Shown in pieces: positions 1 to 12,589 of a stretch of DNA of 64,000 bases (within the stretch, counting starts at the first letter, position 1; every line of letters starts with the position of its first letter). Source of the stretch: Chiloscyllium plagiosum (Eukaryota); assembly GCF_004010195.1 (NCBI RefSeq), contig NC_057720.1:19335717-19399716 (forward strand). Direction: 5' to 3'. The notes beneath the pieces are model-generated. The model saw only the letters and a program-made list of their open reading frames with translations. It was not told the origin of the DNA and did not search any database. Both the position numbers and the translations under genes were made by a program.

Positions 1-479
1 AGCAGGGGATTGGGGGGGATTAATGTTGGAGGAGGTGAAGGGGAGTGAATATCACGGGTTGGCTGGGGGAGTGGGTGTAAGGGAATGAGGAGGGTAAATT
101 CTGAGGGGATTTTCTGATCCTTCCTGGTTGAGCTCCTGTAGTGAAGCTCGGTCCCTGCCTGAGACTAACACTGGGACAGGGACAAGGCAAAGAAACAGCA
201 CTTGAGTAGAGGCATTTTTACAGTGTGGGTGATACTCCAGCAGTGTAAATTCCATCGGGAATTTCCTTTTCCAAGTGAATACTGTATTTGTGTGCAGTGT
301 TTCTCTGAGCAGTGGGGCTGAGCCATTGATCTCCGGTCCCAGAAACTGCTGCTACTGCCTACTGAGCTCAGGGACACAGACTGCAGGGAATGTAACCGGT
401 GTATGGGCAGGAGCTGTCATAGGTTTCCAAAGGTAACTTCAAATCCAGCTTTCTCAAAAATCTCTACCAGGTCACAAAC

Positions 480-1310
480 TGACCAGAAATGGAAGTCGTC
501 AATGTGACTGTCAAATCTGCTCTACCATTGAAGGTGATTACGGCACGTCTAGAACATTAACCCTGTTTTCCCAACTGCTCCCCGTATATTACAATTTTCA
601 GAGCAATCAAACATTGCTTCAGTCTAGCCTCCAATGTCTTCAAAATTGGTACATCCACAACCCCCAGGGTACAGAAGGAGTCATAAGCCTTTAAGTAATA
701 AAAAGCCTCTTACTATTCCTAAATGATTGGTCCCTCATCCTGAGATTGTGTAGTCCCAGGTTTCAGGTGCCCCAACCGATGGAAGCAATCTCTCAGCATT
801 TACCCTATCAAGCCTTTTCAGAAACTTGCATGCCTCAATGGAATCATTCTTCTAAGCTGTCGGAAGGAGCAGTCCAATTTACTCTGCCTCTCACTGTATT
901 GCAAGCTGCATCTTCAACACACTATACTTCTCAAGTGAACTGTTCTGCCTTCAGTGAACATACACTTTTACAAATGGGGAGCCTAAAACTGTACAGAACA
1001 CTCACTGAAACCCGGTACAATTGTAACAAGACTTCTTATGAAAGCAAAATACCAGAAATCAGAAACAAACTAAAACTCCTGGGAAAACCCAGCAGGTCTG
1101 GAGAGAAAACACAGTTAACTTTTCAAGTCTAGTACAAAGAAGTTATATCAGAATCAAAATATTAACTCAGGGGCTTCTCTCTCTACAGATGCTGCCAGAC
1201 CTGCTGAGTTTTGCCAGCATTTTCTGTGCTTGTTATAGCAAGACTTCACTATTGCTACTCAAGTCCCCTGCAATAAAAGCCAATGTACTATTTGTCTTCC
1301 TGGAGTTGCT
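480..1310 (-). mobile_element. Old degenerate CR1-type LINE fragment, interrupted by a PLE fold-back
   Basis: Decayed antisense CR1 3'-ORF2 phrases (e.g. aaaactgtacagaacactc, ataaaagccaatgtactatttg). Confidence 0.5.
1036..1232. mobile_element. Degenerate PLE fold-back mini-element
   Basis: Decayed inverted arms (cagcaggtctgg / ccagacctgctg). TSD-like ttgtaacaagacttc 1021-1035 and ttatagcaagacttc 1233-1247. Confidence 0.6.
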
Positions 1311-1324
1311 CCTCAATCTACTCT

Positions 1325-1520
1325 ATTATCATAGTGTCATGGAGATGTACAGCAAGGAAACAGACCCTTCGGTCCAACTCATTCATGCCGACCAGATGTC
1401 CCAACCCAATCTCGCCCCACCTGCCAGCACGTGGCCCATATCCCTTCCTATTCATATACCCATCCAGATGCCTTTTAAATGTTGCAATTGTACTCACCTC
1501 CAATAGTTCCTCTGGCAGAG
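1325..1520 (-). mobile_element. HER1-like CR1 LINE 3' end
   Basis: Antisense of the 3' end seen at 18450-18650; translates IATFKRHLDGYMNRKG. Confidence 0.85.
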
Positions 1521-1839
1521 TGTAAAGATATACCCACACAAGAAAAAAGAGAAATTTGTTTTCCCCTTTTTCAATAGAATGCTCTCAACATGTATCTACG
1601 TTTCATACAATTAACATTATTCCAGCCATGACCACACCATCAGAAGTTGCATAGAGTCAACAAATCTGGGGAGAGGGTTTTGGGAACAAGGACGTAGCTG
1701 AGAACTTAAACAGATATTTTGCATCAGATTCTGTGGTGGAAGATACTTCAAACATCCCATTAATACTAAAGAGTACAGAGGAGGAATTAAGTACCATCAC
1801 CACCATTAAAAAAGTAATATTAGACTAACTAATAGGGCT

Positions 1840-2052
1840 TGAAACTTTATTGCTGGAACAGCACAGCAGGTCAGGCAGCATCCAGGGAACAGGAGATTCG
1901 ACGTTTCGGGCACAGGCCCTTCTTCAGGAAGAAGGGCCTGTGCCCGAAACGTCGAATCTCCTGTTCCCTGGATGCTGCCTGACCTGCTGTGCTGTTCCAG
2001 CAATAAAGTTTCAACTTTGATCTCCAGCATCTGCAGACCTCACTTTCTCCTC
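1840..2052. mobile_element. PLE fold-back mini-element (family A)
   Basis: Perfect 86-bp inverted arms 1840-1925 / 1928-2013 plus a 39-nt tail. 15-bp TSD ctaactaatagggct at 1825-1839 and 2053-2067. Confidence 0.9.
1896..1930 (-). ncRNA. Minimal type-I hammerhead ribozyme motif
   Basis: UUC-CUGAAGA-A-GGGC(CUGU)GCCC-GAAA-C-GUC-GAA: core, stem II, palindromic ACGU helix III, and stem I UUC/GAA. Confidence 0.7.
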
Positions 2053-2440
2053 CTAACTAATAGGGCTAAAGACTGACAGGCCCCTAGCCCCTGATGGTTT
2101 GCACCCTAGGATGTTATTAGAGGTAGCTTCCGGGATTGTGGATGCACTGATCGTAATTATCCAAAAATCGTTAGATTCTGGAGAAGTATTAGAGGATTGG
2201 AAAAAGTGACATAAAAGGGAGGGAGGGAAAAAGCAGATAACTACAGGCCAATTAGCCTAACATCTACTGTTGGGAAGGTATTGGAATCAATTAAAAGTAG
2301 TAATAGTAGCACATTCAGAAAAACATAATCTAATCAAGCAGAGTGAGTGGCTTCATGAAAGGGAAATTTTGTCTGACTAAGTTATTAGAATTTTTCAAGG
2401 AAGTGTAAACCAGAGTGGATAGCAGGGAAACAGTAAATAT

Positions 2441-3232
2441 TCAAATTTTGTGAGAAGATTTGTAGCTCGGGTGCTCGTTGTTGTGGTTCTGTTCGCCGAG
2501 CTGGGAATTTGTGTTGCAAACATTTCGTCCCCTGTCTAGATGACATCCTCAGTGCTTGGGAGCCTCCTGTGAAGCGCTTCCGTGATGTTTCCTCCGGCAT
2601 TTATAGTGGCCTGTCCCTGCTGCTTCCGGTTGTCAGTTTCAGCTGTCCGCTGCAGTGGCCGGTATATTGGGTCCAGGTCGATGTGTTTGTTGATAGAGTC
2701 AGTGGATGAGTGCCATGCTTCTAGGAATTCCCTGGCTGTTCTCTGTTTGGCTTGCCCTATAATAGTAGTGTAAAAGCAGTGTACAAAATCTCATGCAAGG
2801 ACTGCACAAAACACTACATAGGACAAACAGGAATTCAGGTAACGATCCGTATCCATGAACACCAACTAGCCACGAAACGCCACGACCGGCTATCCTTAGT
2901 AGCCACACACGCAGATGACAAGCAACATGATTTCGACTGGGACAACACTACTATTATAGGGCAAGCCAAACAGAGACAGCCAGGGAATTCCTAGAAGCAT
3001 GGCACTCATCCACTGACTCTATCAACAAACAGATCGACCTAGACCCAATATACCGGCCACTACAGCGGACAGCTGAAACTGAAACGGAAGCGGCAGAGAC
3101 AGGCCACTATAAATGCCGGCGAAACATCACAGAAATGCTTCACAGGAGGCTCTCAAGCACTGAGGATGTCACCTAGACAGGGGACGAAACGTTTGCAACA
3201 CAAATTCCCAGCTCGGCGAACAGAACCACAAC
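2441..3232 (+). mobile_element. Truncated PLE (Poseidon-like) with GIY-YIG fragment and ~290-bp inverted repeat
   Basis: ORF 2752 reads AVYKISCKDCTKHYIGQTG..RIHEH..H.FDWDN. Arms ~2478-2772 / ~2945-3233. TSD aaacagtaaatat at 2428-2440 and 3233-3245. Confidence 0.88.
3157..3196 (+). ncRNA. Hammerhead-like motif in Poseidon-like PLE terminus
   Basis: GCA-CUGAGGA-U-GUCaCCU(agac)AGGgGAC-GAAA-C-GUU-UGC. Confidence 0.6.
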
Positions 3233-5016
3233 AAACAGTAAATATGTTGTATTTGGACTTTCAGGAAGTGTTCAGCCAGGTATCTCACAAAAGGTTAAGT
3301 CTTAAGAGTGTTGGAGGTGGTATATTGGCATTGAATTGGCACATGGGCAAGAAACTGAGTGGGGAGAATGGGTTCTTTTTCAGATTGGCAACCTGTGGAA
3401 CCCTATTGGTTACAGGGATCAGTGTTAGGACTGCAACTGTTTACAATATATGTTAATGACTTGGAGGAAGGAAGTGAATGTAGTGTAGCCAAATCTGTGC
3501 CGGTGACGCAAAACAGGTGGAAAGGCAAATAGAGGGAGACAAACAGTTTTCAGAGAGAAATTGACAGGTTAAGTAAATGGGCAAAAAGTTGGTAAATGGT
3601 GTACAATGCGGGAAAATGTGAAGTTGTTCATTTTGTAAGCGGAATAAAGGTACAGAATATTATGTAAATAAAGGAAAACTGCAGAAAGCTGAACACACAG
3701 GGACTTGGGGGGGGGAATTGTCCATGAAACACAGGAAGTCAACACATAGGTGCAGCAGGTAATCAGGAAGACTGTTGGAATATTGGTCCTTATTTCAAGT
3801 GAGTTGGAGTGTAACAGTGGGGAAATGTTACTGTAAATGCATACGGTACTGGTGAGGCCACGTCTGGAATACTGTGAGCAGTTTTGTTCCCCTTATTGAA
3901 GGGAAGATATTATTTCACTGTTGGCCATTCAGAGGAGGTTCACTAGGATGAGTTCTGGGGTGTTGAGAAATTTTCTTATGACCAAAGGATAAACAGATTG
4001 GGCTCTACTCACTGGAGTTTAGAAAAATGAAAGCTGATCTCATGGAAACATATAGCTTTACTGGGTAAATGCAGAGAGGATGTTTCCCCCTCAGGGGAGA
4101 GTCCAGGACCAGAGGGTATAGTCTATTTAAGGCTGAGGTTTTTTCTCTCAGAGGGTTGAGCATCTTTGAAACTCTTTGTCATGGACACCTGTAGGAGCAG
4201 AGTCCTTGTGTATATTTAAGGCTGAGACAGATAGATTCTTGACCAATCAAGGGGAATGGGGAAAGGGCAGGAAAGTGGATGTGAGGAATGTTGGATCGGA
4301 TATGATTGCACTTAATGGTACAGCAGGCTCAATGCTCTGAATGGCCTACTCCTAAAGGTCTTATGGTTTTAATTATATCCTTGACACAATAGGCTAAATC
4401 TTGGCAGATAACACAATAAAAACACACATTGTTATCAATATTTGCCGGGCACCTCAAGGCATATCGAGAGACAGGGGATTTTTGGAAGTGTTGGTTTAAT
4501 GGTGGTTTAATGTTTTATTCTCGAGTTTGTGGAATCTTTCGGCAGGTCAGCATTCCCAAATGAGCTCTTTTTTGCATTATAAATATTCATGAGCACCTCA
4601 GGCTGCTAGAAGTTACATTCAAAGGAATCACACGCGTTCACAAACCCAGCCATACGTGTGAGGCGTGTACCTGGTGTATCTCCAAGCTCCAGTGAGGACA
4701 AACTTCTTCAGTAACTTGGATGCTTCATAACCAAACCTATGCTTTGTGCAAATGCTTACAATGTTATGGGGGAAGCCTCACCAGGTCAACCAGAAATCTC
4801 AATCATGGGTGGTCTTCCTTGTTACAGTTCTTAGCTGTTTACTGTGTAAGAGGTGAAGCCTTGGCAGTGTCCACCAGCAGATGCCAGCCAACCAAGGTTC
4901 AAATCGGGTGTAAAATGAAAAGGCGGCTTAACAACAAAGGCTCGTTGAAGGGTGGGCTGGGGTGCAGAGGAAAGGTAACGGATGTAGCTTAAAGGGTGTG
5001 GTTGTCAGGGATACAC

Positions 5017-5299
5017 GGGGCGGCACGGTGGCTCAGTGGTTAGCACTGCTGCCTCACAGCACCAGGGTCCCAGGTTCGACTCCAGCCTCGGGCGACTGTC
5101 TGTGTGGAGTTTGTACATTCTCCCAGTGTCTGCGTGGGTTTGCTCCGGTTTCCTCTCATAGTAATTGGCCATGCTAAATTGCCTGTAGTGTTAGGTGCAG
5201 GGGTAAATGTAGGGGAATGGGTCTTGGTGGGTTGTTCTGCGGAGGGTTGGTGTTGGGATGAAGGGCCTGTTTTCACACTGTAGGGAATCTAATCTAATC
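5017..5299 (+). mobile_element. HE1-type tRNA-derived V-SINE
   Basis: A box TGGCTCAGTGG, B box GGTTCGACTCC, V-core gtgtggagtttg..., (aatct)n tail. Confidence 0.9.
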
Positions 5300-6904
5300 C
5301 TGGGAAATGGAAAGAATGAAGCTGGGCAAATCATAGCGAGAGGGGAAAGCGAGTGGGGAAAGCGAGTCAGGAAGGGTTGGGTACACACTGGGGTGGTAAG
5401 GTACACTGGAGTGAGCGAGCATAAAAAGGGAAATCCATGAAAGGACAGTGTAAGACTTGGGCATCAGGATTTGGATGGGAATGAGATCAGGAGAAGTGCA
5501 GGAGGACAAGAGAGGTAGAGAATGGGCCGATAGAAGGACAGAGGGGTACCAATCTAAAGAAGATGGCCATCTACAATTACTTGGGTGGGGGTTGGAGGGA
5601 AATGCATGTCCAAAAGGCTGTAAATGAGAACCCAGCCTAGCAGGTAGCTCTGCTGCCCCAGTCCTGAGCACAGAGAGAGCTGCATTTTCAGAGGTGTTGC
5701 TATCCAGACATGACACAAACTACATTATCCCAGGTGTTCTGGCTCATGCTTATCCTTCAATTAATATCACTTAAAAGGTCATCCTTCCTGGAAAAAAAGA
5801 CTTTTTTTGCTGTATTGTTGCCTGAGTGATCTGGGGCATGTTTCCTAGATTATAGAGTGACTACATTGCATTGACTGGAAAACACTTTTGCAACACCTGG
5901 TGGTTGTAGCAGGTGCTACAGGAATGCAGGTTTTGCTTTCCTTCTGAACTCCAAATTTGTCATCACCTATTTCTTGGTTTGTCTCACCTCTCTCCTTTAC
6001 CCTGATATTGGCCCTTTCTGTGGTCCTGGCTCCTGTAGCTCAGGAGAAAAAAAATAACATGACGGTGCTATTCCCAAGAGGATTATCAATGTTGCTCAGA
6101 CCTTAATTTTACAAGTACAAATACAAACCCTTTTTCACTGACAGGCAACCGAATCACTTAATAAGATTAACCTGTCCATCAAAATTCCTGAGCACACCCT
6201 TAAATCAAAGAGCATGGTCCGGCTGTTACCACTAGAGGGTGCCAGTGTTCACTGTATGATTCAGCTGATTGCTCCACATCAAACTGAGTTTTGGAATGGA
6301 ATGACCAATCAATAAATAGTGTACAATGTCACAAGCTTCACTCCCTGATGAGTTAGTTACACCCAAAATTTTTTGATATTGGGAAAGCAAGCTAATTGGT
6401 GGTGGTTAGAACGTGCAACTTCCAGCGCGACAACAACTTCCCTGGCTCCATGGGTGCAGACAAGTGTCTCAAAGCTGTTCACAGCATTGTGGCTGAATAG
6501 TTGTGACACCCAGCAAGAGGGAGAAAGATAGAATCCAGGGGTTGACAAGATAAAAGGAGGAAGGATCTTTAGGGAGGGAGGTGATGAGTGGGACGGCATT
6601 TAGATTACACTGACACTGCTCCTGGGAGATGCATATGTTTATCATAGACTACCAGCAATATATCATCGACCTTTCCAAGTCCCCCCACCCCACCAGAATA
6701 GCATGGATTGAATGCAGTTCACTGCTGCTGTGTTGAGTTGCTTGTCCTTTAACAGCCCATGCCATCAACACCCTGTCCCAGGCACTGGCAGAACATTGCT
6801 TATTCTTGGTGTCCCAGCAAAACCCTGGTTATAAATCGATGAATCTCACTGGGTTCTGAAGGCTGAACTGTCTCCAGTTGTTTGCATCAAGCACCAGATT
6901 AAAC

Positions 6905-7020
6905 AATGAAATGCCTGCTAGGTGTAAGAGGGCAGATATTATGACATACCTCTGGAGCAGGTGGAGTTGAACCCAGGCCTCCTGGCTCAGAGGCAGGGAC
7001 ATTATCACTGCACCACAGGC
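6905..7020 (-). mobile_element. Short (~120 bp) tRNA-derived SINE
   Basis: Antisense tggtgcagtg..gggttcaactcc..cctgctccagagg; same family at 18755, 36018, 45530. Confidence 0.6.
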
Positions 7021-7180
7021 AATCTTCAGATAAGGGTGTATGAGTCTGAAAGTTATTATTGAGCAGTGCCTAAAGCACCCCTCACTATGATGACGCCGTA
7101 CTGATTTGATGGAGGAACAGCTTAGGATCTCAAAGATGTAAGACCTCTTGCCTCGTCATAGTCTGTGACTAGATTCATCA

Positions 7181-7228
7181 GTTGCATGTTAGTAACCATT
7201 TACTTGTAAATGGTTACTAACATGCAAC
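7181..7228. repeat. Perfect 23-bp inverted repeat with 2-nt spacer
   Basis: gttgcatgttagtaaccatttac-tt-gtaaatggttactaacatgcaac. Confidence 0.95.
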
Positions 7229-8629
7229 AAAGTACATCTTGTTTAAGACATGAGCCACTTCTCATTATGCTGGGCAGTGTCTTCCTCAGTTACAGCAAAC
7301 TGAGATGGCCCACATGTAGAACATTACCCTGACAGACAATGGCAGCAGTATACCTACCCCATGTAGGTGTAAGAGTGCAGACTGCCTCACACAATGTGCT
7401 GATCTGCGGTGAGGAGTCTTCATACAACATTTATTATGCATTTATATAGCACCGGTAGCAGAGCAAAACATTACAGAATTGTTTCACGAAGCGTGTTATA
7501 AATAAAATGTGATGTATAGTCACGTAAAGAGCTGTGAAGATAGACATTCACGCACCTGGCCAAAGAGAGGTTTGAAGAACCGTCTCAAAGGAGGAAAGAG
7601 AGGTACAAATCAGCAGAGCTTTAGGAAGAGAGTTCAGCTGAAGGTGCAATATCCAAAATTCAGGGGTGTAAAAAAGGCCAGAATTGGAGGAGCCTCTGAA
7701 CATACACTCAAGCCACTTTTATGTTGTTTCTTCCTCATTTGCGTAACAATGTGTACTAATTGCTTAGCCACTTCGGTATTTGCCTTTCAGTAATCACCAT
7801 AAACAAATAAATATGTTGCAAGTTCTTGGGCTTTTTCTGCTGCTACTCACGTCAAAGACTTCAGCTGAGGAGAGATCTTAATAACCGAGATTGCTCCCCA
7901 TATTTCCTCAGCATGTCAGTGTTCGCAGTTAGAAAGGGCCTCTCGTAATCCAGCTGTGATACAGCACATTCTCACACTGACTCTGGCACTGATGCAGCCT
8001 CTCAGATTCCAAAGGCAGGAGACACAAGTTTGTTCTTCAGATTCTGGGACCAAGCCTGAGATCGCAAAGCCAGCCAAAGTTGCCCATTATTTAGGCCGTG
8101 GAGCTCACGAAATCTCACAGAACCAAAACAAAGCATCTTTTGTTTTTGCAAATCCGTGTCTGACTTGTTAACAATTTAATCTTGTCCAGAATGGCGAGAT
8201 CAAACTACCACGTGAATCTCCCAATGAAACTGCTTTACAAGTAGCGTTTTTTATAAAGTCACAGATCAAATGCTGAGGATGATTTAATTAAAATGCTTTT
8301 ATTGATCACTCACATTGTGGTCAGTGAAATCCTTTTCATGTTTCTGTAGGTTTCAAGTCCATAATGTCTTGAACCCTGATCCTGCTTTTCAGTTCATTTC
8401 TATTTATGGGTTTATGCATTCTTAGATTAACAGTGGTGGAGCTGAATGTTAAATTGCTAGGGCAGGTAGAGTTTATAAGGAAAGCTCTTTGATCATTTCT
8501 CAGAAACTACTTGGTGTGAACAATAAAATGATGGCAGTCCGGATATTATTCTAAGTATAACTGGAATGAAGAGTTGCATTGACCAATCTGGGTTATGTAA
8601 GTTGCTCTGTACCCTGTTTAATGCTGTCA

Positions 8630-9290
8630 TTAACCAGTCAAACTCCTGGGAGTGGTCATCCACAACAAGCTTTCTTGGACTCTTCTTGTGGAGGCACTGG
8701 TTACAAAGGCCCAACAATGTCTCTTCTTCCTCAGGCAGCTGAGGAAATTTGGCAAGACAGCGAATACCCTTGCCAACTTCGATAGGTGCACCATCGAGCG
8801 CATTCTGTCTGGATGTGTCACTACCTGGTATGGCAACTGTACCATTCAAGATCGGAGATGGTTACAGAGAGTGGTGAACTTAGCCTGGACAATCACAAAG
8901 GCCAACCTCCCATCTACAGACTTCATCTACCAGGCCCGCTGTCAAGGAAAGGCCACCAGCATTCTCAACGATCCATCCCACCCTGGCAATGTTTTTCTAC
9001 AACCTCTACCATCGGGGAGAAGGTACAGAAGCCTGAACACACACCAGCCGGTTTCGAAACAGTTTCTACCCCTACTGTTATTAGAATACTGAATGGACTC
9101 ACAAACTCCTAACATTTGCCTGTACCAGTGTTTTGTTTTTGCTGCTGTTTACCTATTATTTACTTATCTATGCTACTTAACTCTGTGATCTGCCTGTATT
9201 GCTTGCAAGACAAAGCTTTGCACTGTGCCTTGGTACACGTGACAATAAATTCAATTTAATTCAGTACTATTCAATACTATTCAATTCAAT
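8630..9290 (+). mobile_element. 5'-truncated Rex1/Babar-like LINE
   Basis: ORF 8652 LSW...KAQQCLFFLRQLRKF...IERILSGCVTTWYGNC...LQRVV...DPSHPG..LPSGRRYR is a typical Rex1/Babar C-terminus. Ends in aataaa plus an (ttcaa)-like tail. Confidence 0.8.
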
Positions 9291-9503
9291 GTGAATGCCT
9301 TGATTATTGTGCCCTGGGAGTTAAATTTGCAGACAGTTGGAACTGGAACATTACTGCTTTCCCCAAAGGGTGAAGAAACCACTTTCTAAGTGCTCAGCAA
9401 GATAGGATAAGCCTCAATCACATCCAACGCAGAGGATCCATCTCATTAAGCTGATTGCAAACTACACCAGCACATGTATGATATTTTGAAACAGGTTACA
9501 TAC

Positions 9504-9543
9504 CTTGACATATTCAAGGGCAAAGTCCATTATGTCCGGGTCC
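9504..9543 (-). CDS. BCAR3: BCAR3 40-nt coding micro-exon, (G)DPDIMDFALEYVK
   Basis: Minus strand reads cttttctaacctgcAG|g gac ccg gac ata atg gac ttt gcc ctt gaa tat gtc aag|GTatgt. Phase fits the upstream exon (GG+G=Gly). Resembles the recalled human DPHLLDPTVEYVK that precedes FSKER and the SH2 domain. Confidence 0.9.
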
Positions 9544-10629
9544 CTGCAGGTTAGAAAAGAAGTGTGGGTGACATATACCGACATTTACAGAATCATTTAT
9601 ACTAGCTTCTTGTTGAATATAAATTTATTTCAGCACTCAGCACATCTGAAACTTCAGGTTTCAGCAGCTTTTAAACAAAATCTAAATTTCTTGAAACCTT
9701 GATATATCAGTATAATCCTCCTACAAGCATTGTGCAATTCAAATTTGCATGGCTTCATAAAACATATACACAGGAACTAAACAAACCATACTGAAGAGTA
9801 TACTTAGCACACAAAAGATTCAATATCTATGTAAACATGGACCCAAATGCAGATGAACTCTCAAAATGCACTGGACTGTACAATTAAACTTAAAATGACC
9901 TCTTAAAACATATTGGAAAGCACTTTTAGTGAATTGGATATACATTTTACATATAAGAGGTATTAAAATAAGCATTCCTCTGTACATTTGCACATAAGAA
10001 ATTACTTTGTTCCATATTTATATAAGGGAGTCATAACTAATCTCATTTAAAAATGTGTTCATCTTTCATTGCAAACAGATATCAGGAAATTTCACAATCA
10101 AACTTACAATGTCAGTACAGATTGTAATTATGGATATTCTTAACTCATTTCTTAACCAGTTTTCAGGTCTGGGCCACCTATTTGACATAGGATGCGCAGA
10201 GACAGATGGAGTTTACTCTCTCGCCTGTGTTATGTTATTCCAAGATTGGGAATGTCTGAATATCACATTGTGACCAAATCATGGAGCTCTTACTTAGGCT
10301 GTCTCTCAGGAGTGCTGTTTATCAGGCATGCTATTTGCACAACAAACATCTTATGCAATGAAACACTGGAGAGAAGATGTCACGCAAATAATGGAATGTG
10401 TGGTAAAATTTGACGATAAGAATGTGAATGTGTTGCAGGCGCACGGATCATCAATGTGGTCACTGGGAGGTGAGCTACATGTCCCAGAAAGTTACCTTGA
10501 TGTTTTAAGCAGTGATTATAATGAGTGCAAAATAATACCTAAGCACGGTGCTTCCCATCATCATGTACATGGCTGATGATCTGATGCCTGTCAAGTTTCC
10601 CATTCAGTAACATTTACCTGATACTCATC

Positions 10630-10920
10630 AATGAGGGGAGATTGTAGGGTGGCACATGGTCAAAGAATAAATCTGGAATTTATCTTTGGTTTTGGTGTGA
10701 AACTACTATCTTTTGTTTCCAAAACCCACCTGGTTCATCAATGTCCTTTAGTGAAGGATATCCATCATCCTTGCTCAGTCTGACCTCCATGTGACTCCAG
10801 ACACACAATAACCCCAGACACCTAACTGCCCTCTGAAATGGCCGAGCAAGCCACTCAGTTCAAGGGCAGTTCACAAGTGCTTGCCAGTGATGCCCATATC
10901 CCATGGCAAAATAAAGAAAA
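10630..10920 (+). mobile_element. Deu-domain SINE (SacSINE1-like), degenerate
   Basis: aaaatctggaatt...cctggttcatcaatgtcctttag..gaagg...gtgactccagac...aactgccctctg. Confidence 0.7.
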
Positions 10921-12189
10921 ACAATCTCAAGTTGATTGTTACTGTCTAATTTGCTCTGACAGGTTTAAATTTGTACAACATTTGGCATGAACAAAGTTCT
11001 TTTATTCAATGGAGCCATTATCCATAATGCCAGGCCGGTTCCCACATGTGTACAGACATGACAAGCTCTAGGAAATACCTGACCAGGCTGGTGGGAGGAG
11101 GGGATGTTGGAGTCTGGCAGAGGGAGGGGGTGGGATGATACTCACCTTCCCCAGTCCGGCAGTGTCTGATGAACAGATCACCCTGCTCCACCTCCGGCCT
11201 AGGCTGAGGATCAGGGAATAGGGACAGAGGTTTGCACTGGGAGCCAGCCTCCATTTCTCATTGGGTGTGGGATGAAATTCGCTTCTAGAAAAGAAATGTA
11301 AAAATGCAAAGAACCTGTCTGAGCGCATACTTACTGCAGCACCATCTTTGAAACTGGCTGCTACTTTCCATTGTTTACAGATAGCCTCTGTCTGCTCCAT
11401 AAGATCGAAATAGACTACAAGCTAGAGGAGCACATGTAGGCCATTCGGCCCATCAAGTCTTCTCCACTATTCGATTGTGACTGATCTGTTTGTCTTTGTA
11501 CCTCCTATAGGCAGTGTTTATATGAATCACAGCCTTTATTAAAATGTGTTTCATGCCCTATCTTTGCTTAGTGCTCCCACTATACAGGACTCTGTTAAAC
11601 ACTATTCTACAGTTAGCCATCAGCGAGGTGGGGAAAGAGCAATTTGGAGTCCACTCACTTGGATTACACTGCTAGCTGTGAAAGGGAGGGGAACAGGAAA
11701 TGAAAGAGACCATTCAATCCCTCAAGTCTGTCTGGCCAATTAAATCATGGATAATTTGTATCTCTACCCCTTTTACCTTCTGAGTCCTTACTCAAATCAA
11801 CCTCAGCTTTGAAACTTATAATCAATCTCTAGCTTCAAGTGACTTTGTTTGGGGGTTTCCCATTGTGTGAAGAAATGCTGTCTGCATCAGCCTTGCAGAG
11901 CCATGCATTTATTTTAAGGTTACGCCCTCTTGTTCTAAACTCCCCAAAAGGAGGAAATAATTTCTTTCTTCTCGTCAGTGCTTTGCCCTCAACATGAGAT
12001 CAATGACCATTAAACGACAGACCCCTGCTCTCCCTCACTGTCCTGAAGACATTGTTGTCCCATTGCTGTACTACAGTTCGAAATACCAGCCATGTTGGAG
12101 TGGCATTACCCCTACGTGGGCCTCAGCAGAATGTGTTGGCAGCTTATTCTCCAAGTAGTTGGAGAGAAGGCACTTCACATTCTGATCAC

Positions 12190-12380
12190 TTAATCTGAAC
12201 TATCAACATCCTTTCTCCGCCAGCACCCCAAACCCCCCACCCTCACTAATCATAAATGCTGCCCCCTCCACACTTCCATGTCAGCTCTGATGAAGAGTCA
12301 TCGCGACTCGAAACATTCGTTTGCTTTCTCTCCGTGGATGCTGCCTGACCTGCTGTGATCTCCAGCACTTTTTGTTTTAG
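12190..12380 (+). mobile_element. PLE 3'-terminal fragment (family D) with hammerhead-like core at 12283-12321
   Basis: agct-CTGATGA-A-GAGTC(atcgc)GACTC-GAAAC followed by ggatgctgcctgacctgctgtgatctccagc. Confidence 0.75.
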
Positions 12381-12589
12381 GTGGAGAGAAGGAATGGGGG
12401 AGAGGAGGTGGAAATCAGCATGGTTAAACCAGACATCTACACCCTCAAAAAGGCCAATGGGCAGCAATCCAGAGTACACTCTGTCCACTTTGCCATACCC
12501 AGGAGATCCCTACGTTCAATTCCAGTAGAGACTACTACAACTTTTCCTGTTCTGTGTACATTGTTACAGAGTTATATATTGTCATGTTA

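Larger units (their letters stand above)
1660..4370 (+). mobile_element. Old CR1 LINE ORF2/3'UTR remnant hosting two PLE insertions
   Basis: Decayed CR1 RT motifs (NYRPISLT, YLDFQ, HLEYCEQF, RRFTRM) that resume on both sides of the 1840 and 2441 insertions. Confidence 0.75.

Noticed and set aside
165..377. ORF ending MPLLKCCFFALSLSQC as an alternative BCAR3 first exon (short isoforms have a CCFY-type N-terminus)
   Set aside because: In-frame stop, no suitable donor, and similarity limited to CCF
1840..2013. DNA-transposon MITE or canonical miRNA gene
   Set aside because: Arms are homologous to the 3' terminus of the RT-bearing PLE at 16120-16249, the ends are asymmetric, and the TSD is 15 bp
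4380..5000. Possible Harbinger-derived remnants here and at 11020-11350, 18930-19740 and 31920-32700
   Set aside because: Only a vague compositional impression; no TIRs or convincing protein motifs
8652..9092. ORF resembling the ALKBH8 N-terminal/DUF1891-type domain as a gene
   Set aside because: This is the C-terminus of a Rex1/Babar-like LINE with its own 3' tail
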